A stretch of 64,000 nucleotides of DNA, from positions 1,518-65,517 of the forward strand of contig CANQSQ010000003.1 of NCBI GenBank assembly GCA_947626565.1. Direction: 5' to 3'. The notes below the pieces were generated by a model. That model searched no databases. It was not told where the DNA came from and saw nothing but the letters and a program-made list of their open reading frames with translations. This DNA is from an uncultured Bacilli bacterium (GTDB lineage Bacteria > Bacillota_I > Bacilli_A > RF39 > UBA660). Position numbers and translations under genes: made by a program. Position 1 is the first letter of the stretch; each line of letters begins with the position of its first letter. Positions 37,058 through 45,270 of this stretch are shown here, piece by piece.

Positions 37058-39523
37058 ATGAAAAAGAGTAAGAGGAAGAAGAATAAGAATGAAAAAAAAT
37101 TAAAAGGTTTCACATTAGTAGAACTTTTAGCTGCTATTACGATAATGGGCATTATTCTCATTATGGCGATGCCTTCAATAGGCTATATTCAATCTAAAAA
37201 TGAAAAACAACGTTATGAAAAATATGCTAATACTCTTGAAGCAGCTGGAAAGTTATATACCGATTCTAATGCTATTGATATGTTTGGTTATAATGGAGTA
37301 GGTTGCTATGACATTTCATTTGCTGATTTGAAAGATAAGAAATTAATAAGTGATATTGAATATAAAAGCGTTACTTGTGCTGATAGTTCTAAGAAAAGAA
37401 CTTTTGTTAGAGTAAAAAAATACCAAGATACTTTTGATTATCAAGTATCCATATATTGTGCTGATGGGAATAAGAACGAGATATATTCTAGTTTAATAGG
37501 AAGTGACGCTATTTGTACTGAGGAAACTTCTACTGAAGGACCAACTATTACTTTGACACCGACCGGTACAAAACCTAATAATGATCCTAAGTATCAAGTA
37601 AATATCAAAATTGAAGATCAAGATGGTTTATTAGAAAACACTATTGTAGAATATGCTTGGAGTACGGATAAAGATACAAATAATGGTACTTATCAGAAGG
37701 TATATTTTAAAAACAAACGTAACGATAAAAAGACATCTCATAAAGTAACAAGACCAGCTAAAGATGGAACATATTATTTGTTTGTTAAGCCTGTGGCAGT
37801 GGCTGATGTTTTTAATAATCAAAGTATTGATACAGTGAAAACAGGACCTTATGTTTTCGATACTGTACCACCAGATTGTCCTACGATAACAACTAATATT
37901 GCGGACAATAAATGGACGAATCAAAATATTCAATTTACCTTTAAGTTTACAAGTGATACCGTTAAATATAATTGGTATACGAATACTAATGGCGGAAGTT
38001 ATAGTGATTTTGGTTCCAATAATGCTTCTGTAACAACCAAAACATTGTCAGGTGAAGGAACAAGACAAGTAAAGGTTCGTGTTTACGATGAAGCTGGTAA
38101 TTATAGTGAATGTATCAATAATAGTAAAAAATATTTAATAGATTTAACTAGACCTACTTGTACTTCAAGTGGTGGTAGTACCAGTTGGACTAATGGTAGT
38201 AGAACCTTAACAGGAACTTGTCATGATACCGGTGGTAGTGGTTGTGTTGGAAATGCTACTAAAGGTTATACAACTGAAATAAATAGTAGTAAAGAGTCTC
38301 CTGGTACTGTTTATGACCATGCAGGTAATTCTAGAGCTTGCGATGCCAACCAAACGGTTAAAATAGATAAAACGGCACCAACTAATCCAAGTATATCTAA
38401 TCCAACAGGTGGTAACTGGACGAAAGATAATTTTCAATTAAAAGTTTCGGCTAAAGATAATCGTTCTAGTATTAATTCTGGAATACATCATTGGGCTTAT
38501 AGTTATGATAATGCTAACTATACAAATTATCCATCATCAGCAGTTGAGAACTTTACGACTTCAGCATTTAGTACAGAAAGAGGTCAAGTTGTTTATATAA
38601 GAGTATGTGATAATGCCGGTAATTGTTCAACTAACTCAACTTGGATAAGAATAGATAAACATGCTCCATCATGCAGTATTAACTTGTCAGGAACAGCTGG
38701 TAGTAATGGTTGGTACAAATCAAATGTAGGGGTTAATATGACACCATCCGATAATGCCAGTGGCGTATCTAGTTATGGTCTAACAACATCAACATCAGCT
38801 ACTTATAATAGTTCCAAGAGTGCAAGTCAAGGTAATACTACTGGTGTAACTTGGTATGGTTATGTTAAAGATAATGCTGGTAATACTAGTAGTTGTTCTA
38901 AAAACTTTAAAGTTGATGCTAGTCCGCCAACATGTTCAACATCAGGTGGTGGTGGTTGGACAAATAGAAATGTTCAAATTACAGGTACTTGTAGTGATAC
39001 TGGTGGCAGTGGTTGTAGTAAAGCTTCAGTAAGTAAAACATTTACTGATAGTAGTAGAAATTCTAATGAAACACCTGGTGCTGTTTCAGATAATGCTGGT
39101 AATAGCGTTACTTGTCCATATACTTCAGTAATGATAGATAAAATTTATCCTACTTTTGCCGTAACAGGAAGTACTTATGCTAATAATATTGACGGCTATA
39201 GAAATCATTATTTAAAATTGTATATAGATTGGGGCGATACCGGTGGTAGTGGTGTAAAAGATAATTGCGTACCATTTTATTATTGCTACGGGGCTTCAAG
39301 TTGTAGGTCTTTAGGTTATGATATTAATTCTCCAACCATACCAGATAGTGAATACAAAGTTAACGCTTTAGAGTATCATTTGTATTTTGGTTATCGAGCT
39401 AATACTTTTTATTCATATTTTAAAATATGTGATTATGCTGGTAACTGTTCATATTATAATTACCGAGTATCATGGAATTATGGTCCAGCAAGTTACCAAT
39501 TAATTGCTCAAACAAGAAATTAA
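37058..39523 (+). CDS. 821-aa prepilin-type N-terminal cleavage/methylation domain protein with six tandem beta-sandwich-like repeats
   Basis: A basic leader, then KG|FTLVELLAAITIMGIILIMAMP (class III signal, Glu at +5). Six modules each end in D.AGN...C...(I/V)D...P. Two close paralogues are TCTSSGGSTSWTNGSRTLTGTCHDTGGSGC...DHAGNSRAC (about 38150) and TCSTSGGGGWTNRNVQITGTCSDTGGSGC...DNAGNSVTC (about 38920). Confidence 0.75.
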   Translation: MKKSKRKKNKNEKKLKGFTLVELLAAITIMGIILIMAMPSIGYIQSKNEKQRYEKYANTLEAAGKLYTDSNAIDMFGYNGVGCYDISFADLKDKKLISDIEYKSVTCADSSKKRTFVRVKKYQDTFDYQVSIYCADGNKNEIYSSLIGSDAICTEETSTEGPTITLTPTGTKPNNDPKYQVNIKIEDQDGLLENTIVEYAWSTDKDTNNGTYQKVYFKNKRNDKKTSHKVTRPAKDGTYYLFVKPVAVADVFNNQSIDTVKTGPYVFDTVPPDCPTITTNIADNKWTNQNIQFTFKFTSDTVKYNWYTNTNGGSYSDFGSNNASVTTKTLSGEGTRQVKVRVYDEAGNYSECINNSKKYLIDLTRPTCTSSGGSTSWTNGSRTLTGTCHDTGGSGCVGNATKGYTTEINSSKESPGTVYDHAGNSRACDANQTVKIDKTAPTNPSISNPTGGNWTKDNFQLKVSAKDNRSSINSGIHHWAYSYDNANYTNYPSSAVENFTTSAFSTERGQVVYIRVCDNAGNCSTNSTWIRIDKHAPSCSINLSGTAGSNGWYKSNVGVNMTPSDNASGVSSYGLTTSTSATYNSSKSASQGNTTGVTWYGYVKDNAGNTSSCSKNFKVDASPPTCSTSGGGGWTNRNVQITGTCSDTGGSGCSKASVSKTFTDSSRNSNETPGAVSDNAGNSVTCPYTSVMIDKIYPTFAVTGSTYANNIDGYRNHYLKLYIDWGDTGGSGVKDNCVPFYYCYGASSCRSLGYDINSPTIPDSEYKVNALEYHLYFGYRANTFYSYFKICDYAGNCSYYNYRVSWNYGPASYQLIAQTRN

Positions 39524-39537
39524 AGAAGGTTGTATAT

Positions 39538-39852
39538 ATGTATATTGATTTAGTAGTATTTATTGTTTTAATATTAGTTGTAGTAATGTTTTTTAAACGA
39601 TTTGATTCATTTGTATATTTTATGGCTATAATTGACATATTCTTGAGAATTTTAGCATTTATAAAAAATAATATCGGTTTACCAGATGTTAGGGCTTTGA
39701 TTGATAAATATTTACCAGAAAGTGTCATAGCAATTATAAATAAATATACAACAGGATTAGTTAATACATTATTACAATGGGCTTTTGTAGTTATTATGGC
39801 AATATTTTTAAGCTATGTAATAAAGATATTTGTAAAGAAAAAGAAAATTTAA
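39538..39852 (+). CDS. small membrane protein (104 aa), function unknown
   Basis: MYIDLVVFIVLILVVVMFF... has 3 hydrophobic segments. RBS aagaagg lies just after the pilin stop. The ORF track start at 39472 would overlap the pilin gene by 52 nt. Confidence 0.5.
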   Translation: MYIDLVVFIVLILVVVMFFKRFDSFVYFMAIIDIFLRILAFIKNNIGLPDVRALIDKYLPESVIAIINKYTTGLVNTLLQWAFVVIMAIFLSYVIKIFVKKKKI

Positions 39853-39862
39853 TTTGAGAAGT

Positions 39863-39890
39863 AAAAACGACAATTAAGTCGTTTTTTTCT
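39863..39890 (+). terminator. intrinsic terminator
   Basis: aaaaacgac-aattaa-gtcgttttttt. Confidence 0.7.
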
Positions 39891-39916
39891 TTGTATATTA
39901 ATGCTGGTGATATATA

Positions 39917-40684
39917 TTGAAGATATATTTAGATGTGGTCTTTTTACTTAACTTTATATTGGATTTCTTTATTTTATATGGAGTATTAAAAGTACTTAAA
40001 AGAAATAAGAAGATTTATCGCCTATTATTAGGTAGTTTAGTAGGAAGTTTGACGACTTTTTTACTATTAGTAAAAATAAGTTCAGGAGAGTTGTTTTTAT
40101 GTAAAATACTTTTAAGTTGTTTAATTATAATAGTTAGTTTTGGTAAAGAAGAGTTCTTTAAAAATCTTTCGTATTTTTATTTGATTAGTATTATTTTAGG
40201 AGGCTGTTTTTATTTATTAGATTTAGGAGTTGTATTTCAAGGAAAAGGTTTAATTATAGCGAAAGATAAACAGTTATTTAATTTTATTTTTTTAATAGGT
40301 GGAAGTTTAGTAATTATCTTTTTATTTATAAGAGAACAATTACAGTATAAAAGTACTTATAGTGATAAATATATAGTGAAGATATATATTAATAAAAAAT
40401 GTTATGATTTGGAGGGGATGATTGATACTGGTAATAGATTAAAAGATCCATATAAGAAAAGAGATGTTATATTAGTTAATTTAAAGTTAGATAGAAGATA
40501 TAAATATATTTATGTACCATATAAAGCTTTAAATACAGAAGGAGTTATTCCTTGCTTAAAACCCGATAAAGTAGTGATTGCAGAAAAGGAATTTAGTAAT
40601 TGCTTAATTGGGTTTAGTAAAGATCATTTTGCTTTAGATGGTGCTAATTGTATATTACCAAATACTTTTAAGGAGGAATTATGA
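39917..40684 (+). CDS. spoIIGA: sigma-E processing peptidase SpoIIGA
   Basis: MKIYLDVVFLLNFILDFFILY start, five TM segments, then a C-terminal aspartic protease region with MIDTGNRLKDP. TTG start. ATGA overlap with sigE. Confidence 0.85.
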   Translation: MKIYLDVVFLLNFILDFFILYGVLKVLKRNKKIYRLLLGSLVGSLTTFLLLVKISSGELFLCKILLSCLIIIVSFGKEEFFKNLSYFYLISIILGGCFYLLDLGVVFQGKGLIIAKDKQLFNFIFLIGGSLVIIFLFIREQLQYKSTYSDKYIVKIYINKKCYDLEGMIDTGNRLKDPYKKRDVILVNLKLDRRYKYIYVPYKALNTEGVIPCLKPDKVVIAEKEFSNCLIGFSKDHFALDGANCILPNTFKEEL

Positions 40685-41373
40685 AAAAAATAATTGCATT
40701 TTTTAAAAAGTTATTTTTAAAAGTTGGTAGTTGTTTTTATGTTGGGGCAACTGATATGTTACCGGAACCATTATCTAGAGAAATGGAGGATTATTATATA
40801 AGTTTAAAGGATGATGGTGACCCATTAGCGAGAGATAAATTAATTGAACATAATTTAAGATTAGTGGTGTTCTTGGCTAAAAAGTATGAAAATACAGGAG
40901 TTGACTTGGAAGATTTAGTTAGTATAGGGACGATTGGTTTAATTAAAGGAATTAATACATTTAGTCGAGGGAAAAATATAAAGTTAGCTACTTATGCTTC
41001 CCGGTGTATAGATAATGAGATATTAATGTATTTACGGAAAAATAAAAAGATTAAAAGTGAAGTTAGTATTGATCAATCTTTATCGTTTGATGGTGAAGGT
41101 AATGAGTTACATTTAGAAGATATTTTAGGAACCGATCCTGATGTTGTGACGCGAGGTATAGAAGAAGAAACAGAAAGAAGTATTATGATTAATGAAGTTT
41201 TACATTTAAAACCAAGAGACCGCGATATTATGATTTTAAGATATGGTTTGATGGGTAATGAAGAGATGACCCAGAAAGAGGTGGCTGAAAAATTAGGGAT
41301 TAGTCAATCATATATTTCTAGAATAGAAAAGAAAGTAATAAAAAGATTAAAAACTCTAGTTAATTATAGTTAA
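40681..41373 (+). CDS. sigE: sporulation sigma factor SigE (pro-sigma-E)
   Basis: The pro-sequence is followed by LPEPLSREMEDYY...IEHNLRLVVFLAKKYENTGVDLEDLVSIGTIGLIKGINTF...KLATYASRCIDNEILMYLRKN...ISQSYISRIEKKVIKRLK, almost collinear with Bacillus SigE. Confidence 0.92.
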   Translation: MKKIIAFFKKLFLKVGSCFYVGATDMLPEPLSREMEDYYISLKDDGDPLARDKLIEHNLRLVVFLAKKYENTGVDLEDLVSIGTIGLIKGINTFSRGKNIKLATYASRCIDNEILMYLRKNKKIKSEVSIDQSLSFDGEGNELHLEDILGTDPDVVTRGIEEETERSIMINEVLHLKPRDRDIMILRYGLMGNEEMTQKEVAEKLGISQSYISRIEKKVIKRLKTLVNYS

Positions 41374-41377
41374 AGTT

Positions 41378-41386
41378 TGCTATAAT
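41378..41386 (+). promoter_or_regulatory. candidate extended -10 promoter (TGCTATAAT) for tdk
   Basis: tgctataat lies 20 bp upstream of the tdk ATG. RBS aggagg. Confidence 0.4.
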
Positions 41387-41405
41387 TAATTAGGAGGTAA
41401 GGTAT

Positions 41406-42041
41406 ATGGCAGAATTATATTTTAGATATGGAGCCATGAATAGTGGTAAATCTTCATTAATTTTACAAGTTGCTCATAATTATGAAGAAAAAAAGATGAA
41501 TATTTTATTAATGAAACCAATGGTTGATTCAAAAGGAGATGACATGATTGTTTCAAGAATTGGTTTACAAAGAAAAGTTGATCATTTAATTGATATAGAT
41601 GAGGATTTATATCAGTTTATAAAAGATTATAATGATATTAAAGAAATAAAAGCTGTTTTAGTAGATGAAGCGCAATTTTTAGAGGAAGAACAGGTTGACC
41701 AATTATTAAAAGTAGTGACAAAGTTAGATATTCCAGTTATTTGTTATGGTTTGAGAGTGGACTTTTTACAAAATGGTTTTAAAGGCTCTAATCGATTATT
41801 ATTACTTAGTCATAGATTAGAAGAAATGAAAACGGTGTGCAGATGTGGTAGAAAAGCTATGGATAATGCTAGAGTAGTTAATGGTGAATATGTATTTGAA
41901 GGAGATCAATTAGCTATTGATGGTCAATTAGATATATCTTATGAGTCTCTTTGTCATCATTGCTATTTAGAGGAAAAAGAAAAGTATTTACAAAGGATTA
42001 AGGAAAGAGGAAAAGTTAAGGTCAAAGAAAAAAGCCTTTAA
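41406..42041 (+). CDS. tdk: thymidine kinase
   Basis: P-loop GAMNSGKS, VLVDEAQF, and zinc ribbon CRCGRKA...CHHC. Confidence 0.95.
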   Translation: MAELYFRYGAMNSGKSSLILQVAHNYEEKKMNILLMKPMVDSKGDDMIVSRIGLQRKVDHLIDIDEDLYQFIKDYNDIKEIKAVLVDEAQFLEEEQVDQLLKVVTKLDIPVICYGLRVDFLQNGFKGSNRLLLLSHRLEEMKTVCRCGRKAMDNARVVNGEYVFEGDQLAIDGQLDISYESLCHHCYLEEKEKYLQRIKERGKVKVKEKSL

Positions 42042-42060
42042 AGGGCTAAGAAAAAAGATG

Positions 42061-42091
42061 AGGATTGTAATCTAATAGGTACAATCCTTTT
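42061..42091. terminator. bidirectional terminator between tdk and yigZ
   Basis: aggattgta / tacaatcct 9-bp stem with a 10-nt loop, A-run upstream and T-run downstream. Confidence 0.65.
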
Positions 42092-42094
42092 AAG

Positions 42095-42673
42095 TTAGGA
42101 AGTTTCATCGAAAATGAAGATGTCTTTAATTATATCGTAATCATAATTTTTTAAGAGGGAAAGTTTTGTTTGGGGAATATTAATAAGATAGATAATTGAG
42201 GAGTTAAAGTCTTTAGTATAAGATATATTTTTAAGAAGATAATCAAGTTGTTTTTGTTTAGTATAAGGAATAATTAATTTTACTTGATAGCCAGCAAGGA
42301 CATTTTTAATTGTTGCTTTAGTTAGGGCATCTTTAACTGATTGTTGATACGCTCTAATTAGGCCTCCTGGTCCTAGTTTAATACCACCAAAATAACGAAC
42401 TGTAACGGCTAAGATATTTATTAACTCTTGGTGTTCTAGGACATTTAACATAGGAAGACCAGCCGTATTACTTGGTTCTTTGTCATCACTATAATGTTTA
42501 CTTTCTTTAGTGATATAGGCATAACAATAATGAGTAGCTTTAGGATATTTTTGTTCTAACTTTAGAAGATAATCTTTAACTTCACTGGGAGAAGAAAGTG
42601 GAAAAAGTTCAGTAATAAACTTAGAATTTTTAATTACTATTGTATTGTTGACATTATTGACGATTGTTTTCAT
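42095..42673 (-). CDS. yigZ: YigZ / IMPACT family (UPF0029) protein
   Basis: IKNSKFI, ATHYCYAY, DDKEPSNTAGLPML and VTVRYFGGIKLGPGGLIRAY motifs. Confidence 0.85.
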   Translation of the reverse strand: MKTIVNNVNNTIVIKNSKFITELFPLSSPSEVKDYLLKLEQKYPKATHYCYAYITKESKHYSDDKEPSNTAGLPMLNVLEHQELINILAVTVRYFGGIKLGPGGLIRAYQQSVKDALTKATIKNVLAGYQVKLIIPYTKQKQLDYLLKNISYTKDFNSSIIYLINIPQTKLSLLKNYDYDIIKDIFIFDETS

Positions 42674-42752
42674 CTAATCACCAATAATATTATATAATAA
42701 AAACTACAAATATAAAATATTTGTGTTATAATTATTAAAGAGGAGGAGTCTT

Positions 42753-43946
42753 ATGTTGAAAAAGAAGAAAGATACGGAATTAGATATTCATAGTTTAAAT
42801 AGTATCTTAGTTACAGGTAAAAAACTAATTAATTTAGGTTATTTTATGGCAATAATAGCTTTAATATTATTAGGTACTTATTTAGTAAAAGAATGGATGA
42901 TATTAGGTTTTTTTAAGGAATTATTGATAGTTATATCACCGATTTTTATAGGGTTTATTATTGCTTGGTTATTTGATCCAGCTGTTTCTTATTTACAAGA
43001 GAAAAAATTACCTAGAGTTATTGCTTGTATTTTAGTTTATTTATTATTTGTAGGAGGAATAGTGTTATTCTTTTGGTTAATTATTCCAACCTTTTTAACG
43101 CAAATTAAAGAGTTTGTATCTACTATTCCAAGTATTTTGAAAGATGTAGCAGGTTTTATTGATAATTTATTTAAAGGTATAAATACAAATAATATTAATA
43201 TTGGTGATATTAAACAAAAAATTTATCAATCATTAGAAGATTTTGGAGTTAATATTACAACAGAGTTACCAAACTATATTGTTGGTTTTGGAAAGAGTAT
43301 GTTTAGTGGCGGTATGACAATTGTTTTAGGACTAATGATTGGTTTTTATATGTTATTTGATTTTAATAAGATTAATTCTAATTTAAGAAAAATGATGCCT
43401 AGAAGTTGGCATAGTAATTATGATGATTTATGTAATAGAATAAATACATCACTTAGAAATTATATTCAAGGTGTCTTACTTGTAATGATTTTAGTATTTG
43501 TAACACAAAGTATAGGACTAACTTTAGCGGGATTAGAAGCTCCAATGATTTTTGCCATGTTTTGTGCTATTACAGATATAATTCCTTATTTTGGACCATA
43601 TATTGGAGCTATACCGGCTATTATTGTTGGTTTTACTATTTCACCTTTAACAGGAGTTTGCTCTATTATTTCAATTGTAGTAGTACAATTATTAGAAAAT
43701 AATTTCTATCAACCATTAATTATGGGACATACTATGAAATTACATCCAGTAACAATAATGGTAGGGCTATTGATTTTTCAACATTTCTTTGGTATTATTG
43801 GTATGGTAGTAGCAACTCCAGTCATTGCTTGCTTAAAAGTCATTTTAGTATTTGTAAATGAAAAATTAAATTTGACTGATTATGTTATAAAAAGTGATGA
43901 TGAGAAAGACAAAAAACCGCTAGTAGAAAAACTAGATGAAGTATAA
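42753..43946 (+). CDS. AI-2E family transporter (PerM/UPF0118)
   Basis: About 8 TM segments. The C-terminal half has DIIPYFGPYIGAIPAIIVGF and LHPVTIMVGLLIF, typical of the family. Preceded by TGTTATAAT (42724-42732) and RBS gaggagg. Confidence 0.85.
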   Translation: MLKKKKDTELDIHSLNSILVTGKKLINLGYFMAIIALILLGTYLVKEWMILGFFKELLIVISPIFIGFIIAWLFDPAVSYLQEKKLPRVIACILVYLLFVGGIVLFFWLIIPTFLTQIKEFVSTIPSILKDVAGFIDNLFKGINTNNINIGDIKQKIYQSLEDFGVNITTELPNYIVGFGKSMFSGGMTIVLGLMIGFYMLFDFNKINSNLRKMMPRSWHSNYDDLCNRINTSLRNYIQGVLLVMILVFVTQSIGLTLAGLEAPMIFAMFCAITDIIPYFGPYIGAIPAIIVGFTISPLTGVCSIISIVVVQLLENNFYQPLIMGHTMKLHPVTIMVGLLIFQHFFGIIGMVVATPVIACLKVILVFVNEKLNLTDYVIKSDDEKDKKPLVEKLDEV

Positions 43947-43967
43947 AAAAATAAAACGTTGATAAAA

Positions 43968-44140
43968 GATGAGTACTAGAAAAGATTATTTAAAGAGAGT
44001 TAATGGTGGGTGCAAATTAACAATAAGATTTTTAGGAAGCTACTTTGGGAGTTTTATCGGTTATGACCGTTATAGTAATTAAGACCGAAATAGGATGGTA
44101 CCGGGCTTATTAGTCCTCCTAGGAAGGTCTTTTATTTGTT
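43968..44140 (+). promoter_or_regulatory. T-box riboswitch leader, alanine specifier (GCU)
   Basis: AGAGAG...GGTGGGTGCAA stem-I elements (43994-). Specifier loop GGAA-GCT-A with GCT at 44039-44041. Conserved T-box sequence AAATAGGATGGTACCGGGC (44088-44106, consensus AANNNGGGTGGTACCGCG). A long terminator helix AAGACC...GGTCTT precedes TTTATTT. Confidence 0.8.
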
Positions 44141-44156
44141 GTAAAGGAGAGTAAAA

Positions 44157-44705
44157 ATGAAAATATATGTAATTGGTGGTAAGGCTAAGAGTGGAAAAAC
44201 AACTTTTGGAGAATATTTAAGAGAAGAATTGAAAGAGTATGGATATAAACCTTGTGTTATGCATATAACAGAACCATTATATACGTATGCAAGAGAGTAT
44301 TTTTCTTGGAATGGACAAGATGCGGATAAACCGAGAGAATTTTTACAGAAAATGGGATTTGAAATAATTAGAGAAAAGTTAGGTAAAAAGAAATTTTTGC
44401 TAAATAGATTATTTGAAGATATAGAAATATTAAGTTCTTTCTTTGATACTTTTATAATTACAGATGCTAGATTAGTAGATGAATTTGAAGAAATTAAAAA
44501 GACTTATGATAATGTTGTGACGATTAAACTTAATCGGGAAAATTATAATGATTTTTTAACTGATGAAGAAAGACAACATACTACAGAAGTAGAAATTGAT
44601 GGGTATAATGATTTTGATTATAGAGTACAAAATAAGTCTTTAGCTAGTTTACAAGAGGCAGCACATAATATTGTTAAAAGTGAAGAAAGGAGTGAAGTTA
44701 TATGA
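44157..44705 (+). CDS. P-loop kinase, phage-type deoxynucleoside-monophosphate kinase-like
   Basis: Walker A GGKAKSGKTT and an ITDARLVDEFEEIKK motif resembling the DVRF.NE box of dNMP kinases. RBS aaaggagag. Confidence 0.55.
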   Translation: MKIYVIGGKAKSGKTTFGEYLREELKEYGYKPCVMHITEPLYTYAREYFSWNGQDADKPREFLQKMGFEIIREKLGKKKFLLNRLFEDIEILSSFFDTFIITDARLVDEFEEIKKTYDNVVTIKLNRENYNDFLTDEERQHTTEVEIDGYNDFDYRVQNKSLASLQEAAHNIVKSEERSEVI

Positions 44706-45265
44706 AAAAATTATTAGCAATTGTAGGTATGAGTGGTAGTGGTAAAAGTATTGCGACAGAGTATTTAGAAAAAGCGGGTTGGACGAAATTATACTTTGGT
44801 GGTATTACATATAAATTAATGAAAGAAGCCGGTATTGAAAGAACAAGTGATGGCAAGAGTGAAAAAGAATTTAGAGAAAAGTTACGTAGAGAACATGGCA
44901 AAGAATGCTACGCTAAGTTTTTAGAGGAAGATATAAGAGAAGCTTTAAAAACAAATGATGTAGTCTTAGATGGATTATATTCTTGGTATGAATATAAATA
45001 TTTAATTGATAAGTTTCCTAATTTAAAGTTAATTAGTATAATTAGTGATAAAGAAATTCGTTATGAAAGGGTAGCTAAGAGAGTAGATAGACCCTTTGCA
45101 AGAGAAGATATAATATATCGAGATTTATCAGAAATAGAAAATTTAGCTAAAGGTGGTCCTATTGCTTTTGCCGATTATTACATAGATAATAATAAAGATA
45201 TAAAAGAATATTATAAGAGGCTAGAAGAAATATTAGATGATATAAGTAAACATGAAGGAGAGTAG
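44702..45265 (+). CDS. P-loop nucleotide kinase family protein (CoaE/dNMP-kinase-like)
   Basis: Walker A GMSGSGKS and VVLDGLYSWYEYKYL. ATGA overlap with the preceding kinase. Confidence 0.5.
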   Translation: MKKLLAIVGMSGSGKSIATEYLEKAGWTKLYFGGITYKLMKEAGIERTSDGKSEKEFREKLRREHGKECYAKFLEEDIREALKTNDVVLDGLYSWYEYKYLIDKFPNLKLISIISDKEIRYERVAKRVDRPFAREDIIYRDLSEIENLAKGGPIAFADYYIDNNKDIKEYYKRLEEILDDISKHEGE

Positions 45266-45270
45266 ATAAT

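Noticed and set aside
39472-39537. Upstream start (39472) of the small membrane protein ORF, overlapping the pilin-like gene by 52 nt
   Set aside because: ATG 39538 follows an RBS-like aagaagg immediately after the pilin stop and begins the hydrophobic segment. The upstream extension has no RBS.
33754-39728. Antisense ORFs inside mutS, xseA, xseB, the pilin-like gene and the small membrane protein gene (33754-33972, 34436-34630, 34940-35137, 35579-35806, 37631-37933, 38207-38437, 39420-39728)
   Set aside because: They are embedded opposite well-supported genes and show no motifs or ribosome-binding sites.
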